Of a stretch of DNA of 49,059 nucleotides, positions 9,635 through 19,590 are shown in pieces. The DNA comes from Candidatus Bathyarchaeia archaeon. GTDB lineage: Archaea; Thermoproteota; Bathyarchaeia; 40CM-2-53-6. Within the stretch, counting starts at the first letter, position 1, and each line of letters begins with the position of its first letter. Below the pieces are notes generated by a model. That model did no database searches and was not told the origin of the DNA. It saw nothing but the letters and a program-made list of their open reading frames with translations. Both the position numbers and the translations under genes were made by a program. The stretch is from contig JBEKSC010000021.1 in assembly GCA_049517415.1 (NCBI GenBank), forward strand, positions 1-49,059, given 5' to 3'.

Positions 9635-10582
9635 TTGAAGTGCTTGAGTAGGATCTTCTACGCCTGTGATGTCCACGGAAGTCAAATTGTCTGGAAAAAG
9701 TTCCTCCAAATGGGAGGATACCATAAAGCAGATGTGTTGATGATGTGCGGCGATCTAACCGGAAAAGCAATCGTGCCCATAGTCAAACGCGGGCAAGACG
9801 AGTGGTACTACGCGCCATTAGGCAAGGAAGAAGTCCTGCATTCGCCGGACGCGGTGAAAGCGGCAATGGATAAGATGGATGACAGAGGCTGGTACCCGTT
9901 TGAAACCACTCCAAACGAGGTTGAAGAACTGAAGGCCAACCCAAACAAGGTCAATGAACGCTTCAGCGCTCTTATGAAAGACAAACTCAGCGAGTGGCTC
10001 GAGATGGCAAAAGCATTGGACAAGAGTACTAAAGTAATCGTGAGCCCAGGCAATGATGATCGCTTCGATATTGATGAGGTATTCGAGGAAAATGATCGAG
10101 TCATCAATCCGCTCAATAGAGTCGTTGACATCGATGGGATTCATCAACTCATAAGCTGCGAGTGGACGAACCCTACTCCATGGAACACACCGCGCCAGTG
10201 TTCTGAAGAGGAGTTGAGCAAGAGGCTCGAGAAGGAGTTCAAGAGAGTGGACAAATATGACAATTTGATTTGCAACTTTCATGCTCCTCCACTGAACACT
10301 GTTCTTGACGTGGCGCCCAAACTCGACAAGGACAAGAAACAGGTGATGCAATTCGGAAATCCAGTTAACATAAATGTCGGAAGTAAGTCGATCAGGCAAG
10401 CCATTGAACGATATCAGCCGTTTATGACCTTGCACGGTCACATACACGAATCATGCGGTTTCGAAAACATTGGGAAAACAGTTTGCATTAATCCTGGATC
10501 AGAATACGAATCTGGGCTGCTGAGGGGTTATGTTATTGATCTCCCACCGAAGAAGTTCGAGTTTTGGCGCGTTGAAGCCTAA
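9635..10582 (+). CDS. Icc-related metallophosphoesterase (COG2129-like)
   Basis: DVHG, GDLTG, PGNDD, HAPP, HGHIHE and NPGS calcineurin-like motifs; the start may be the TTG at 9644. Confidence 0.9.
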   Translation: MKCLSRIFYACDVHGSQIVWKKFLQMGGYHKADVLMMCGDLTGKAIVPIVKRGQDEWYYAPLGKEEVLHSPDAVKAAMDKMDDRGWYPFETTPNEVEELKANPNKVNERFSALMKDKLSEWLEMAKALDKSTKVIVSPGNDDRFDIDEVFEENDRVINPLNRVVDIDGIHQLISCEWTNPTPWNTPRQCSEEELSKRLEKEFKRVDKYDNLICNFHAPPLNTVLDVAPKLDKDKKQVMQFGNPVNINVGSKSIRQAIERYQPFMTLHGHIHESCGFENIGKTVCINPGSEYESGLLRGYVIDLPPKKFEFWRVEA

Positions 10583-10584
10583 GA

Positions 10585-10620
10585 AAAATTGAGCTGAGAA
10601 AAAGAGAAACAAAAAAAGAG
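10585..10620 (-). terminator. T-rich archaeal terminator for the permease gene
   Basis: A-runs on the + strand (T-runs on -) just downstream of the permease stop, between convergent genes. Confidence 0.5.
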
Positions 10621-10648
10621 AGAGGGACCCGTCGGGAATAGACGCGCT

Positions 10649-12256
10649 CTACTCAGGTGGGACCTCGGAGAAGATCTTTTCCGGCTCCAAGCCCATCTTG
10701 CTGTTGCGTTGGCTGAAGACCATGTACCCTAGCATTCCAAGTCCCATGATTGCCACAGTTATGTAGATGGATGTTGTAGTCACCGTTGCAACTCCCGCAA
10801 ACAGTATCACGTACTCAAGTACTGCTGAGACCAAGCCTAGAATCGCCATGACCGGAAAGCCGGCAACTTCCCATTTGTATCCTCTCTCATAGATGCGCGG
10901 TCTCTGGAATGGCAATGCGATGGCCGATTCTGACCACCAGATCACTAGTAAAGTGGCCAAGATGAATAGACTCACTGACAATACAATCGGGATAAATGCT
11001 GCGACAACAACGAAGACTACTTGCATCAGAAAGCAGTAGATCCAGCTATGTGTAGGAGCATGCCACCTCGGAGACACGTAAGCCATTGTCTTTGGCATAT
11101 ATCGATCGAAAGCCATGGCGAACATTGGTCTTGTAGTCCAGAAGTAACCGTGAGGAATAAGACCTACCATTGATATGAATGGAATCAGAAGTATGATTGT
11201 TGAAAGCGTGAGGTTAGGTGTCAAAGAGGCAGCGAACACTGATAGGTTAGGGCTCAATCCCGGATTAATCTTAAGTTGACTTGCGTATCCGTTAATTACG
11301 AAATTGTACATAGATATGAAATCGCCGAAGGAGTAGATGAGCGACCCAGAGGCTCCGACTGCGAACAGTGCTAGGATGACTCCGGAAAATCCTATTCCAA
11401 TCATTATTGTCTTAGTGGGTGACGACATTTCTCCGACAAGCGGTGACGCATTGTCTGGATAGAGAAAACCTCTTGCGACAAGAACGCATCCAATCGTTGC
11501 ATCCCAGCTGAATGCCGCAGGCTTCCAGCCATTTGCTTTTGCTACGTTCACAATCTCGTTGTATGCCCCGTTTCCCCAAACAGAATCCCAAGCTGCTGGA
11601 ACGCTGGCTGCAGGGTGTAATAGGAAAATCGCTATCATGATCATGGTGCCGATTATAGTTATCCCGCTGAGAATAACCATCGACCTCTTCAACGTGCCAG
11701 CGCCGAAGAAATCGATGAGTCCCCCAACGATAACTAGCGCCAAAGCTATTCCTATCAATGCTCCTCGGCTTGTCAACGCTTGGCCAGTAGCAGTAAGTGA
11801 TGGATCATGAGTGAGTGCTCCGGTAGCTAGCAAGGCCGTCGAGAGAAAGCCTGCTGCAATGAATGAATTCGTGGCGTTAGCTATGGGATTCCATATAATA
11901 GAACGCCAGCCTTCCATCATTCCGAAGAGAGGATGCAGACCCCGAGCTATAACAACATAGTTTGCTCCAGCACGAGGCATACAGACACATAGAAGCGCGA
12001 GCGCAACTCCGTATATTATCACAAGGATTCCTGCGAAGACAAATGAGAGCACTATATTAGCTCCAGGAAACAGAAATGGCATAATGGCAATCAACAGGAA
12101 GTACCAAGGGTTCAAAGAAGCCTTCAATGGAAAGAACAAGACGGACCAAGGTCCGATTTCTCGAGTTAGACCTGACGCTTCTCTAGCGAATATCAGCGGT
12201 TTATCTGACAAAGATTTTCCCCCATTGAATTTGCATCTCGGACAAGTCATCTTCAA
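10649..12256 (-). CDS. APC-superfamily amino acid/amine permease
   Basis: FAREASGLTRE N-terminus, MPRAGANY, RPMFAMAFDR, ~12 hydrophobic helices; likely start TTG at 12211. Confidence 0.88.
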   Translation of the reverse strand: MKMTCPRCKFNGGKSLSDKPLIFAREASGLTREIGPWSVLFFPLKASLNPWYFLLIAIMPFLFPGANIVLSFVFAGILVIIYGVALALLCVCMPRAGANYVVIARGLHPLFGMMEGWRSIIWNPIANATNSFIAAGFLSTALLATGALTHDPSLTATGQALTSRGALIGIALALVIVGGLIDFFGAGTLKRSMVILSGITIIGTMIMIAIFLLHPAASVPAAWDSVWGNGAYNEIVNVAKANGWKPAAFSWDATIGCVLVARGFLYPDNASPLVGEMSSPTKTIMIGIGFSGVILALFAVGASGSLIYSFGDFISMYNFVINGYASQLKINPGLSPNLSVFAASLTPNLTLSTIILLIPFISMVGLIPHGYFWTTRPMFAMAFDRYMPKTMAYVSPRWHAPTHSWIYCFLMQVVFVVVAAFIPIVLSVSLFILATLLVIWWSESAIALPFQRPRIYERGYKWEVAGFPVMAILGLVSAVLEYVILFAGVATVTTTSIYITVAIMGLGMLGYMVFSQRNSKMGLEPEKIFSEVPPE

Positions 12257-12514
12257 ACGTATATAAGCCTAATTTTGGCTGCTGCAAAAATCAAAGACAT
12301 ACTCCAGCGTAACGCCTGTCGATCAAAGTGAGCGAAGAGTTCGGAGAAGACGAGGCGCAGAGATTGTGACCTCTCAGAAGTGATCGTGACACTATGCCAG
12401 TGACTGCGAGTCATCTTCGCTAATCGGTGGTTTCGGGTTTTGATAACAGAATCTTTCTGCAAAAGAGCAATTAACTAGACCGCGATACTCTCTGCATAGA
12501 CAGAGTGATGAACT

Positions 12515-13624
12515 ATGACTCAACGGGTGTTGTATAAGGAGGATTTCGCGAATGTAATTGCTGGCGCCACGTTGCTTGGCTCTGGAGGGGGAGGATCGCC
12601 GAAGGGCGGAATGGACTTGATGGCTTCCGCGTTGACCGAACCTTCCAAAGGAGTGCGACTTGTGAGTGCAGACTCCGCACCTGACACAGACATGGTTGTC
12701 ATGGTGGCGGGCATCGGCTCTCCAGTGGCTTTCTTGAAGAAAGGTTTCGATGTTGAAGCGGTCTACGCATTTGACGCTATGGAGAGACTATACATGATGG
12801 CAGGGCAGAGAGCCTCTTTCCTAGTTCCAGGAGAGATAGGCGGCTTCAACTTAGTGACCCCAATGTATGTGGCAGTCAAGAAGGATGTTCCAGTAATAGA
12901 CGCCGATGGAAACGGCAGAGCGGTCCCAGAACTGGAGACATCTCTCTGGCCCTTATATGGCATACCAAACTCACCATGTGTTCTTGCAGACAAGAAAGGA
13001 AATGTCGTCGTACTCTACACGCGGGATCCTCTCGACTCCGCCACATGCGAGCTAGTGGCACGGTACGTAGCGACCGCCTTTGAAAACACTTGTGCGTTTG
13101 CCACGTGGACGATGAACGTGAAATCTCTGAGAGAGGTTTCGGTGTTGAATAGCGTGACAAGGTGTGAAAATATCGGAAAAGCCATCAACGGCGCAGTATC
13201 TGCGGGCAAGGATCCTGTCAATGCTGCAATTGAAGCGAGCTCAGGCTACGAATTGATCAGAGGAATCATCACCGATATAACGACCAAGACTGTAACTGGG
13301 TTCGACTTCGGGACGACGGCGATAGAGGGAACGGACAAGTACAAAGGAAAGAAGATGAAAATAGACTTCAAGAATGAAAACATGCTCGCATGGAAAGAGG
13401 AAGGTGAAGCCGCCGCGATGGTTCCCGACCTCATCTGTCTGATGACAACGAAGGGAGAACCCTTGACGAACGCGGACACGAAGACGGGCATGGAGATAGC
13501 TGTCATCGGGATTCCAGCGCCAGAAAAGTGGAGGAAGCACCCGAGAGGATTCGAAGTCTGGAGACACATAATAGAAAAAATAGGTTACACGGAATCCTAC
13601 AAGCCCATTGAAAAGCTCGTATAA
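12515..13624 (+). CDS. DUF917 family protein (copy 2)
   Basis: LLGSGGGG, AGIGSP, EIGGFN, DADGNGRAVPEL, GFDFG, KNENM, VPDLI. Confidence 0.92.
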   Translation: MTQRVLYKEDFANVIAGATLLGSGGGGSPKGGMDLMASALTEPSKGVRLVSADSAPDTDMVVMVAGIGSPVAFLKKGFDVEAVYAFDAMERLYMMAGQRASFLVPGEIGGFNLVTPMYVAVKKDVPVIDADGNGRAVPELETSLWPLYGIPNSPCVLADKKGNVVVLYTRDPLDSATCELVARYVATAFENTCAFATWTMNVKSLREVSVLNSVTRCENIGKAINGAVSAGKDPVNAAIEASSGYELIRGIITDITTKTVTGFDFGTTAIEGTDKYKGKKMKIDFKNENMLAWKEEGEAAAMVPDLICLMTTKGEPLTNADTKTGMEIAVIGIPAPEKWRKHPRGFEVWRHIIEKIGYTESYKPIEKLV

Positions 13625-13642
13625 GAACATCTTAAGATCGAG

Positions 13643-14362
13643 TTGATTGAGTTGAAGATCTTCATTATCGTCCCTCTCCTAAAGCAGAAAGCCTTTGAGG
13701 AAGAAGCCTACTCGGAACTGAAGGCCGTGGCCAGAAACGATGTTGAGCTAGTTGTCGATAGCATAGTGAAGGGCCCCGCTTCGATCGAGTCCGAGTACGA
13801 CGAAGTGTTGGCGGGTCCGTGGATAACTGAAAAGGTTGGGTGGGCCGACAAGAATGGCTTCGACGCCATCATCATAGATTGTATGGGAGACCCAGCCCTC
13901 GCAGCTGCTAGAGAGATCACCAGAATTCCCGTAGTAGGCCCCTGTCAATCGTCAATGGCACTTGCTTCAACCATAAGTGAACGATTCACGGTGGTCACTG
14001 TCCTGAAGCGGCTCATACCTCTGTTCTGGAGAAATGCCAAGAGGTATGGACTCGAGTCCAAGGTTGCATCAGTACGATCCGTTGAAGTGCCAGTCCTAGA
14101 GCTAGACAAGAAGAGAGATGAAGTCAAAGCGATCTTGCTGGATGAATCAAAGAAGGCATTGGACGAAGACAGCGCTGACACAATAATATTGGGATGCACA
14201 GGTATGGTGGGGATGGCAAGGGAACTGCAGGAAGCACTAAAGGCTCCTGTCGTAGACCCTGCCATCGCGTCGTTGAAACTAGCTGAAGTGCTCGTCGACA
14301 TGAAGCTATCGCACACTAAACTTGTCTATGCTGAACCCCCACCAAAAGAGAGGCGACTTTAG
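13643..14362 (+). CDS. hydantoin racemase / Asp-Glu racemase family protein (copy 1)
   Basis: GPASIES; two catalytic cysteines in DCMGDP and ILGCTGM. Confidence 0.9.
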   Translation: MIELKIFIIVPLLKQKAFEEEAYSELKAVARNDVELVVDSIVKGPASIESEYDEVLAGPWITEKVGWADKNGFDAIIIDCMGDPALAAAREITRIPVVGPCQSSMALASTISERFTVVTVLKRLIPLFWRNAKRYGLESKVASVRSVEVPVLELDKKRDEVKAILLDESKKALDEDSADTIILGCTGMVGMARELQEALKAPVVDPAIASLKLAEVLVDMKLSHTKLVYAEPPPKERRL

Positions 14363-14408
14363 CCTCTTCCCATCCTCTTTCTTAACACAGCCCACAAGGC
14401 CCAGGGTA

Positions 14409-15059
14409 TCAGGTCTTGATAGAAACTAAATAGTACTTAGCCCATCGGTTGGGCGTACCAACAACTTCTATTCCTTCATAATCAACATTATACATCTTGA
14501 AGGCAAATTTCTTCGGATCCTGCCCTGCCCGTCTCATTTGGTGAAAAAGAGTAAAAAGAAGAGCCTGCACGGTTTTCTTGAGATCTGAGCGTAGACCTTC
14601 AAGACTCTTAGGGTTCTTTTCAAAGAATTCCTCAACTTTCCTCGCGATTCGATAATTGGCCACCTCAGCAATCACCCAGGCGAGAGGCACCACTGCGACC
14701 GTAGAGATAATGAGCCACTCTCCGACCTGTCCATATGATAGCCGCAGTACGAATCTCGACACGACAAGTATCAGCGCCACCGCGGTGTAAATCGAGGCTA
14801 GGAAACGGAATGTGATGCGAATCTTGGCCAACCCTACGAGTCCAGGAATTGATGCTGGCAGACTTGCCATCTGATCCAAGCTCGGCCGGATATCATTCCA
14901 CTTTCTAACTACATCTGCACCAAAATCTTCCTTTTGAACTGCCCTGTCGACCGCCTGAGGGTTCTCGAAGCGATTTACCCTATAACCGTCAAGCAGAAAG
15001 ATCAGTGCAACAAGTGAGGCAACATTAGGACCGGCTGCAGTATTGGAACGTCTGGTCAT
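14409..15059 (-). CDS. hypothetical membrane protein
   Basis: 216-aa ORF with two central hydrophobic helices; no family recognised. Confidence 0.65.
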   Translation of the reverse strand: MTRRSNTAAGPNVASLVALIFLLDGYRVNRFENPQAVDRAVQKEDFGADVVRKWNDIRPSLDQMASLPASIPGLVGLAKIRITFRFLASIYTAVALILVVSRFVLRLSYGQVGEWLIISTVAVVPLAWVIAEVANYRIARKVEEFFEKNPKSLEGLRSDLKKTVQALLFTLFHQMRRAGQDPKKFAFKMYNVDYEGIEVVGTPNRWAKYYLVSIKT

Positions 15060-15398
15060 CCTTCACTACGCTACTTTGCGACAATCAATCCAGGTCTGCA
15101 TGCGTGCCAATCAGCTCTTATTGCTTTGGCTTGGTTCATAAGAATGGAAGATTGAAGCCCGATTGGCCCACGTGAATCGGCAGTGACTACTATCATAGTT
15201 TTCGCGCCCAGAACAAGCAGTCTCCCCGAAAGTTCGCGGAATCCGCCGTCACAGGAGAGACCAGTTCGCGCCGTGGAATTCGGCTCACAGGAGATCAGAG
15301 GAGTGAAAAACTCTTCATCGATTAATACAGCGCGTAAAGTATTTTGTAAAGCTCTAAAAGCAGCATGCAGCCGACGTAGCGGGCGAGGGATTTGAGCA

Positions 15399-15944
15399 CT
15401 GGATACCTTAGAAGCGATCAAAACCAGAAGGGCAATTCGAAAATACAAACCTGAAATGGTTCCCAATGATATGATAGAGACAATACTGGAAGCGGGAAGA
15501 TGGGCGCCCACGGGTTCAAACCTACAACCGTGGAAGTTCATCGTTGTCAAGAACCCGATTACACTAGACTTGATTCGTAAGCTTTCCCCGGGTTATTTCG
15601 GAGAAGCACCATTGGCGATCGTCATATGCTCCGATAAGGCTACTGCCTATGAAAAAGGGGGCGAGTTGGGCCGAGACTATCTCACTATCGCGGATTGCTC
15701 AATGGCAGCTGAGAACATGCTTCTTGCCGCGCATGTCCTCGGCTTGGGTGCTTGCCCTCTGAAATCGTTCGCATCACCAGCAATAAGTGAAATCCTGGAA
15801 GTGCCTTCAGGAATCGAACCTGAGTTGATCTTGATAATCGGCTATCCTGACGAAACACCGACTCCTCCGCCAAAGTATGAACTTGAGGAAATAGCGTTTC
15901 TTGACAAATATACTCAAGTCTGGCCAAGGAGGAAGGAGGGCTAG
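15399..15944 (+). CDS. nitroreductase family protein (CTG start inferred)
   Basis: (M)DTLEAIKTRRAIRKY N-terminus, WAPTGSNLQPW, DCSMAAENMLLAAHVLGLGAC, IGYP; in-frame TGA two codons before the CTG. Confidence 0.9.
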   Translation: MDTLEAIKTRRAIRKYKPEMVPNDMIETILEAGRWAPTGSNLQPWKFIVVKNPITLDLIRKLSPGYFGEAPLAIVICSDKATAYEKGGELGRDYLTIADCSMAAENMLLAAHVLGLGACPLKSFASPAISEILEVPSGIEPELILIIGYPDETPTPPPKYELEEIAFLDKYTQVWPRRKEG

Positions 15945-15950
15945 GAAACG

Positions 15951-16265
15951 TTGAAGAATGAAAAGAAAGTTACTGGCGACGACTACTTGCTCGAGCTAGT
16001 AGCATTCCTGGCAACGAGCGCGAGAGGGTGCGTAGGCGAACCGCCAAGTTACGGGCCTTTCAGACTCATTGATGCACTGAGCAGACTCATCGATCTACCG
16101 AAGTACGCAACATGCTTGAAGGACGACGAATTCCTTCGAAAGATCAAAGCCGAGATCGACGAGAAGAAATTCCTGGTCATGACCAACGATGAGGCTTTTC
16201 GAAATATGCTCGACAGTGTTGTTCTTCAAGTATCCAGACAGCTGAGAGCTCGTGCGAGCGCCTGA
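15951..16265 (+). CDS. DUF6092-like small protein
   Basis: ELVAFLATSARGCVGEPPSYGPFRLIDALSRL signature (recalled family); starts 6 nt after the nitroreductase stop, with a GGAGG RBS. Confidence 0.75.
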   Translation: MKNEKKVTGDDYLLELVAFLATSARGCVGEPPSYGPFRLIDALSRLIDLPKYATCLKDDEFLRKIKAEIDEKKFLVMTNDEAFRNMLDSVVLQVSRQLRARASA

Positions 16266-16560
16266 ATCTAGACAGTTCTTGGTGTCAAAGTTTGTCCAGT
16301 GCGCCCATTCCTGACTGAGGCCAGATCCCCGCATCCACACTCAAAATCATCATTACCTTTCGGGCCCACAGAAACTCCCCAAAATGACTAGATCAATAGG
16401 TCAAGATTACTAGCATAACGACTGAAGGCAAGTACAGAGACGACGTCACCAAAGAAATTTCAGGCAAAACTGTGAAGCAGACTATATTACATTCCGCCGC
16501 GATTTGACCCTAGGGCTTTTTGAGCCATGCTGAGGTTAAGGCCTGGGCGATATTCTTAGA

Positions 16561-17499
16561 ATGATTTGCATTGAATGCCGCGTAGAAAATCCCAAGGAAC
16601 GTTTGTACTGCAAGAATTGTTCTCGCATCCTAGAGCCTAGAAACGAGCTATGGTTGCGCGTAGAAGAACTTCAGACACAATTAGACAAAAATGCTCTCAG
16701 CTTAGTGAGAACAACAGGAATTCTACCGTACATTGTGAATCAACTTCTTGTGAAACCTAGAGAGCGTAAGCTGAGGGAGGTAATCTCCAGTCAAGGTACT
16801 AGAATGAGCGATCTTCCCAATCTGGAAGCATTGGTTCCAGAGTGCGCATATGCGATCAGCCTCGAAAAACTTCCATCGGTCTACGCAATTACTATGGCAG
16901 GCGCACCCAACGCCTTCACCTTCGGAAGCGACGACGCTCCGGTAATAGTTGTCGACAGAAGGCTGATGGATGTCATGTCAACGAGCGATCTACGTGCTCT
17001 ACTTGGACATGAAATGGGGCACATCAAGAGCGGCCACATGCTTTACCATTCGCTCGCTCAAACGCTGGCGCAGGGCGTTGAAGTGTCCGCGTCCGTAATG
17101 GGACTCAACGTAATATCGACGCCAATGCATCTTGCCCTATTGGGCTGGCAGCGAGAGTCCGAGTTATCCGCGGATAGAGCCGCCTTAGTTTCTTGTGGAA
17201 ATCCCGCAGACGTTGTTTCAATGTTTGCGAAACTCACAGGAGCGCCCCGGTTTTCTGTCACAGATAGATCGTCTCTCCTAGATAACGTAGACAATTTGTT
17301 TCGGACGCATCCACGTATGAGCGAAAGAGCCAGAGCTGTATTCGAATTCGCAAACACCGGGGAGTACGCAGACATTACAAAGAAAAACAATTATCGAAGG
17401 ATGTTTCGCCTAGCATTCCAGCCTGTCTGCCGATTTTGCGGATCTGCAAAGTTGATTGGAGCTGCATTCTGTCAGGTGTGCGGAAAGAGTCAGATATAG
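16561..17499 (+). CDS. M48 (HtpX-like) zinc metallopeptidase with N- and C-terminal zinc ribbons
   Basis: PNAF, LGHEMGH, ELSADR, THP; CxxC..CxxC at both ends. Confidence 0.85.
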   Translation: MICIECRVENPKERLYCKNCSRILEPRNELWLRVEELQTQLDKNALSLVRTTGILPYIVNQLLVKPRERKLREVISSQGTRMSDLPNLEALVPECAYAISLEKLPSVYAITMAGAPNAFTFGSDDAPVIVVDRRLMDVMSTSDLRALLGHEMGHIKSGHMLYHSLAQTLAQGVEVSASVMGLNVISTPMHLALLGWQRESELSADRAALVSCGNPADVVSMFAKLTGAPRFSVTDRSSLLDNVDNLFRTHPRMSERARAVFEFANTGEYADITKKNNYRRMFRLAFQPVCRFCGSAKLIGAAFCQVCGKSQI

Positions 17500-17605
17500 C
17501 TCATGCTGCGCTCAATGCCGGCCTGGAAAACGACATGTTTCACTCGATCCTTAGAATGGATGTGTCGCTAAACGCTGCCAATATGGAAACGAGTTCAGGT
17601 ACGCG

Positions 17606-17938
17606 TTAGTCCACTATGAATACGCGTGCCCCAACCTCAGTCCTGAGACAGTGCGGGTTCGTCTCATCGTCCTCAACCTGAAAACTGGACCCCGAATGTA
17701 ACGTGAACTTCCGGCCGTCCATTAACTCAATCACTAGTTCGCCTTGTAGAACAAGCAAAACGTGTCCTCGACCGCACCAATGGTCTAGTATAAATCCGGG
17801 AGTGTAGTCGACCATGCGCACTCGAACGTTACCTTCTTCGAAAGTTCGCCAGGTAGCTTTCCCGCTCTTTCCAGGATGTTCGCTTGAAGCAATTTCATTC
17901 CAGTTGACGAGAGCAAATGGGACTCCTTGAATCTTCAC
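17606..17938 (-). CDS. DHCW-motif cupin fold protein
   Basis: RVRMVDYTPG..DHWCGRGH...GEL...PH...FIVD. Confidence 0.85.
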   Translation of the reverse strand: MKIQGVPFALVNWNEIASSEHPGKSGKATWRTFEEGNVRVRMVDYTPGFILDHWCGRGHVLLVLQGELVIELMDGRKFTLHSGSSFQVEDDETNPHCLRTEVGARVFIVD

Positions 17939-18292
17939 CTATGAACCACTCCGAGCAATAGCAGGTAGCATGATCCAGAGTTTAAGATTGACTGACACCT
18001 AATATAATCCATCAGCAAACCCATGAAACACCCTTCGAGACTGCGGCTGTCACCTCCGAGAAAGTAAACTCACATCGCCATGGAGTCCTGTTTCTATCAT
18101 ACCACTGGCGTCCACCCTTCAACGGCGTTCACAGTCACCCAATGTCCTCTTTCGCTTGCGCTTTTTCCATGGAAAGAACGTGCGGTGACATAGCACTTAG
18201 CGAATTAAATTATGCAACACTCTCTCAATACGAACAAGTTTGTCGTTCTCAATGTCGAAACCCAATTCGTCGCTTTATATCGCGTTTGACGA

Positions 18293-19525
18293 ATGAATAA
18301 GCAAACTAAAAGGTGCTATTGGTTGTCAGTCGAATTTGAGGCCCCTCTTTTCGATACTATGTTCAGGAGACGAACCAAGAGACTTCCTTTGGGCGGGGAG
18401 ATGCTCGCAAGGCGAGCGGGCCTTTCCTATAAGTCCTCGGAACCTCCTGTGTCCTTGAACGAAACCGAAACAGCGCTTCTGTGTTTTTCTGCAGTCGGCG
18501 TGACGGGGGTTACAACTGAGGAGATACGGCACCTGCTAGGACATCTTACGGTGATCGGCAGGACATCCGCCACACCATGCGCTTCTCTTACCTTGCATCT
18601 CTTCTTCACAGATGACAATGGTGTCTATTACTATAAGCCCGAAAAGTCCAGTGAAATCATTCCAAGAGAGAGAGTCCGGATCGCGTCCAAGGAGGACAGA
18701 ATCAAGATTCTTCAAGACTATCAAAGGAACTTGGTAAAGATCAGAGACGGCCGGCTTCCCATTCCCAGAGAGGCCATAGGTTCGGCATTCGTGGATATGG
18801 TCAACCGGCCTGGAACAACAGTCTTCATGCCTGTTGCCGATACGACCCGTGAATACATCAACATGCTCCTAACTGGAATAGCCCAATTCAAATGGCGCAT
18901 GTGGGATGAGGTGACAAACAAACCAGCCGGAGTCGCCAAATGGATTCGAAACGGATTGCTGAACGGAGAGAAGATGACAATCTCAAGTTATGATGCCATA
19001 CTCCCTTGGTTATGCAATCTTGAAGCCGGAATAGCTCTCCAGAATATGATGCTCGCATCGCAGGCTATGGGCATGGGCGGTTTCATAATGCATACCGTTG
19101 ACTTCGGGACGCTGAAGAAAGTGATGAATTTCAGGTTCCAGCGTGTGAAGGGCAAAGGGTTTCCGCAAGCAACGCCAAACGCTGTTGGAATGGACGGAAT
19201 TTTGGAAGGATACTGTCCCCCGTACAAGGATATTGATCGGGCAGTGGATGAGATAGTAGCGATGAAGTGGGGAGTCAAAGGCATCTATGGTCCAGAAGGA
19301 TATAGTCTGCCTGTTCCCAAGTGGTACCCAAGCATGGTGGAAGCCGTCAAGGCGTTTCTGAAGTATGTTTATGAGAAATATGGCAGGCTACCGAAGTACA
19401 GCGACGCAATGTACTTCCCAGCCCTGTTACAGGCACACCATATTGACTTAGGATACTACACGAAATACTATCCGGAATACGTAACTGAAGCAGAGAAAAA
19501 CCACATGACAAACTGGCATCAGTAA
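18293..19525 (+). CDS. uncharacterised large nitroreductase-fold-like protein
   Basis: RRRTKR FMN-phosphate-type basic motif near the N-terminus and EAGIALQNMMLASQAMGMGG helix; the start may be the TTG ~30 nt downstream. Confidence 0.6.
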   Translation: MNKQTKRCYWLSVEFEAPLFDTMFRRRTKRLPLGGEMLARRAGLSYKSSEPPVSLNETETALLCFSAVGVTGVTTEEIRHLLGHLTVIGRTSATPCASLTLHLFFTDDNGVYYYKPEKSSEIIPRERVRIASKEDRIKILQDYQRNLVKIRDGRLPIPREAIGSAFVDMVNRPGTTVFMPVADTTREYINMLLTGIAQFKWRMWDEVTNKPAGVAKWIRNGLLNGEKMTISSYDAILPWLCNLEAGIALQNMMLASQAMGMGGFIMHTVDFGTLKKVMNFRFQRVKGKGFPQATPNAVGMDGILEGYCPPYKDIDRAVDEIVAMKWGVKGIYGPEGYSLPVPKWYPSMVEAVKAFLKYVYEKYGRLPKYSDAMYFPALLQAHHIDLGYYTKYYPEYVTEAEKNHMTNWHQ

Positions 19526-19590
19526 AAGCAAACCAAACGTTCAGAACGCACTCTGCATTGTGTTCCATGTCTAATGCAGCAGGCTCTGTT

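Noticed and set aside
16270..16400. Possible methyltransferase motif I remnant (ECGCG) on the minus strand
   Set aside because: Too short and requires a frameshift; cannot be supported
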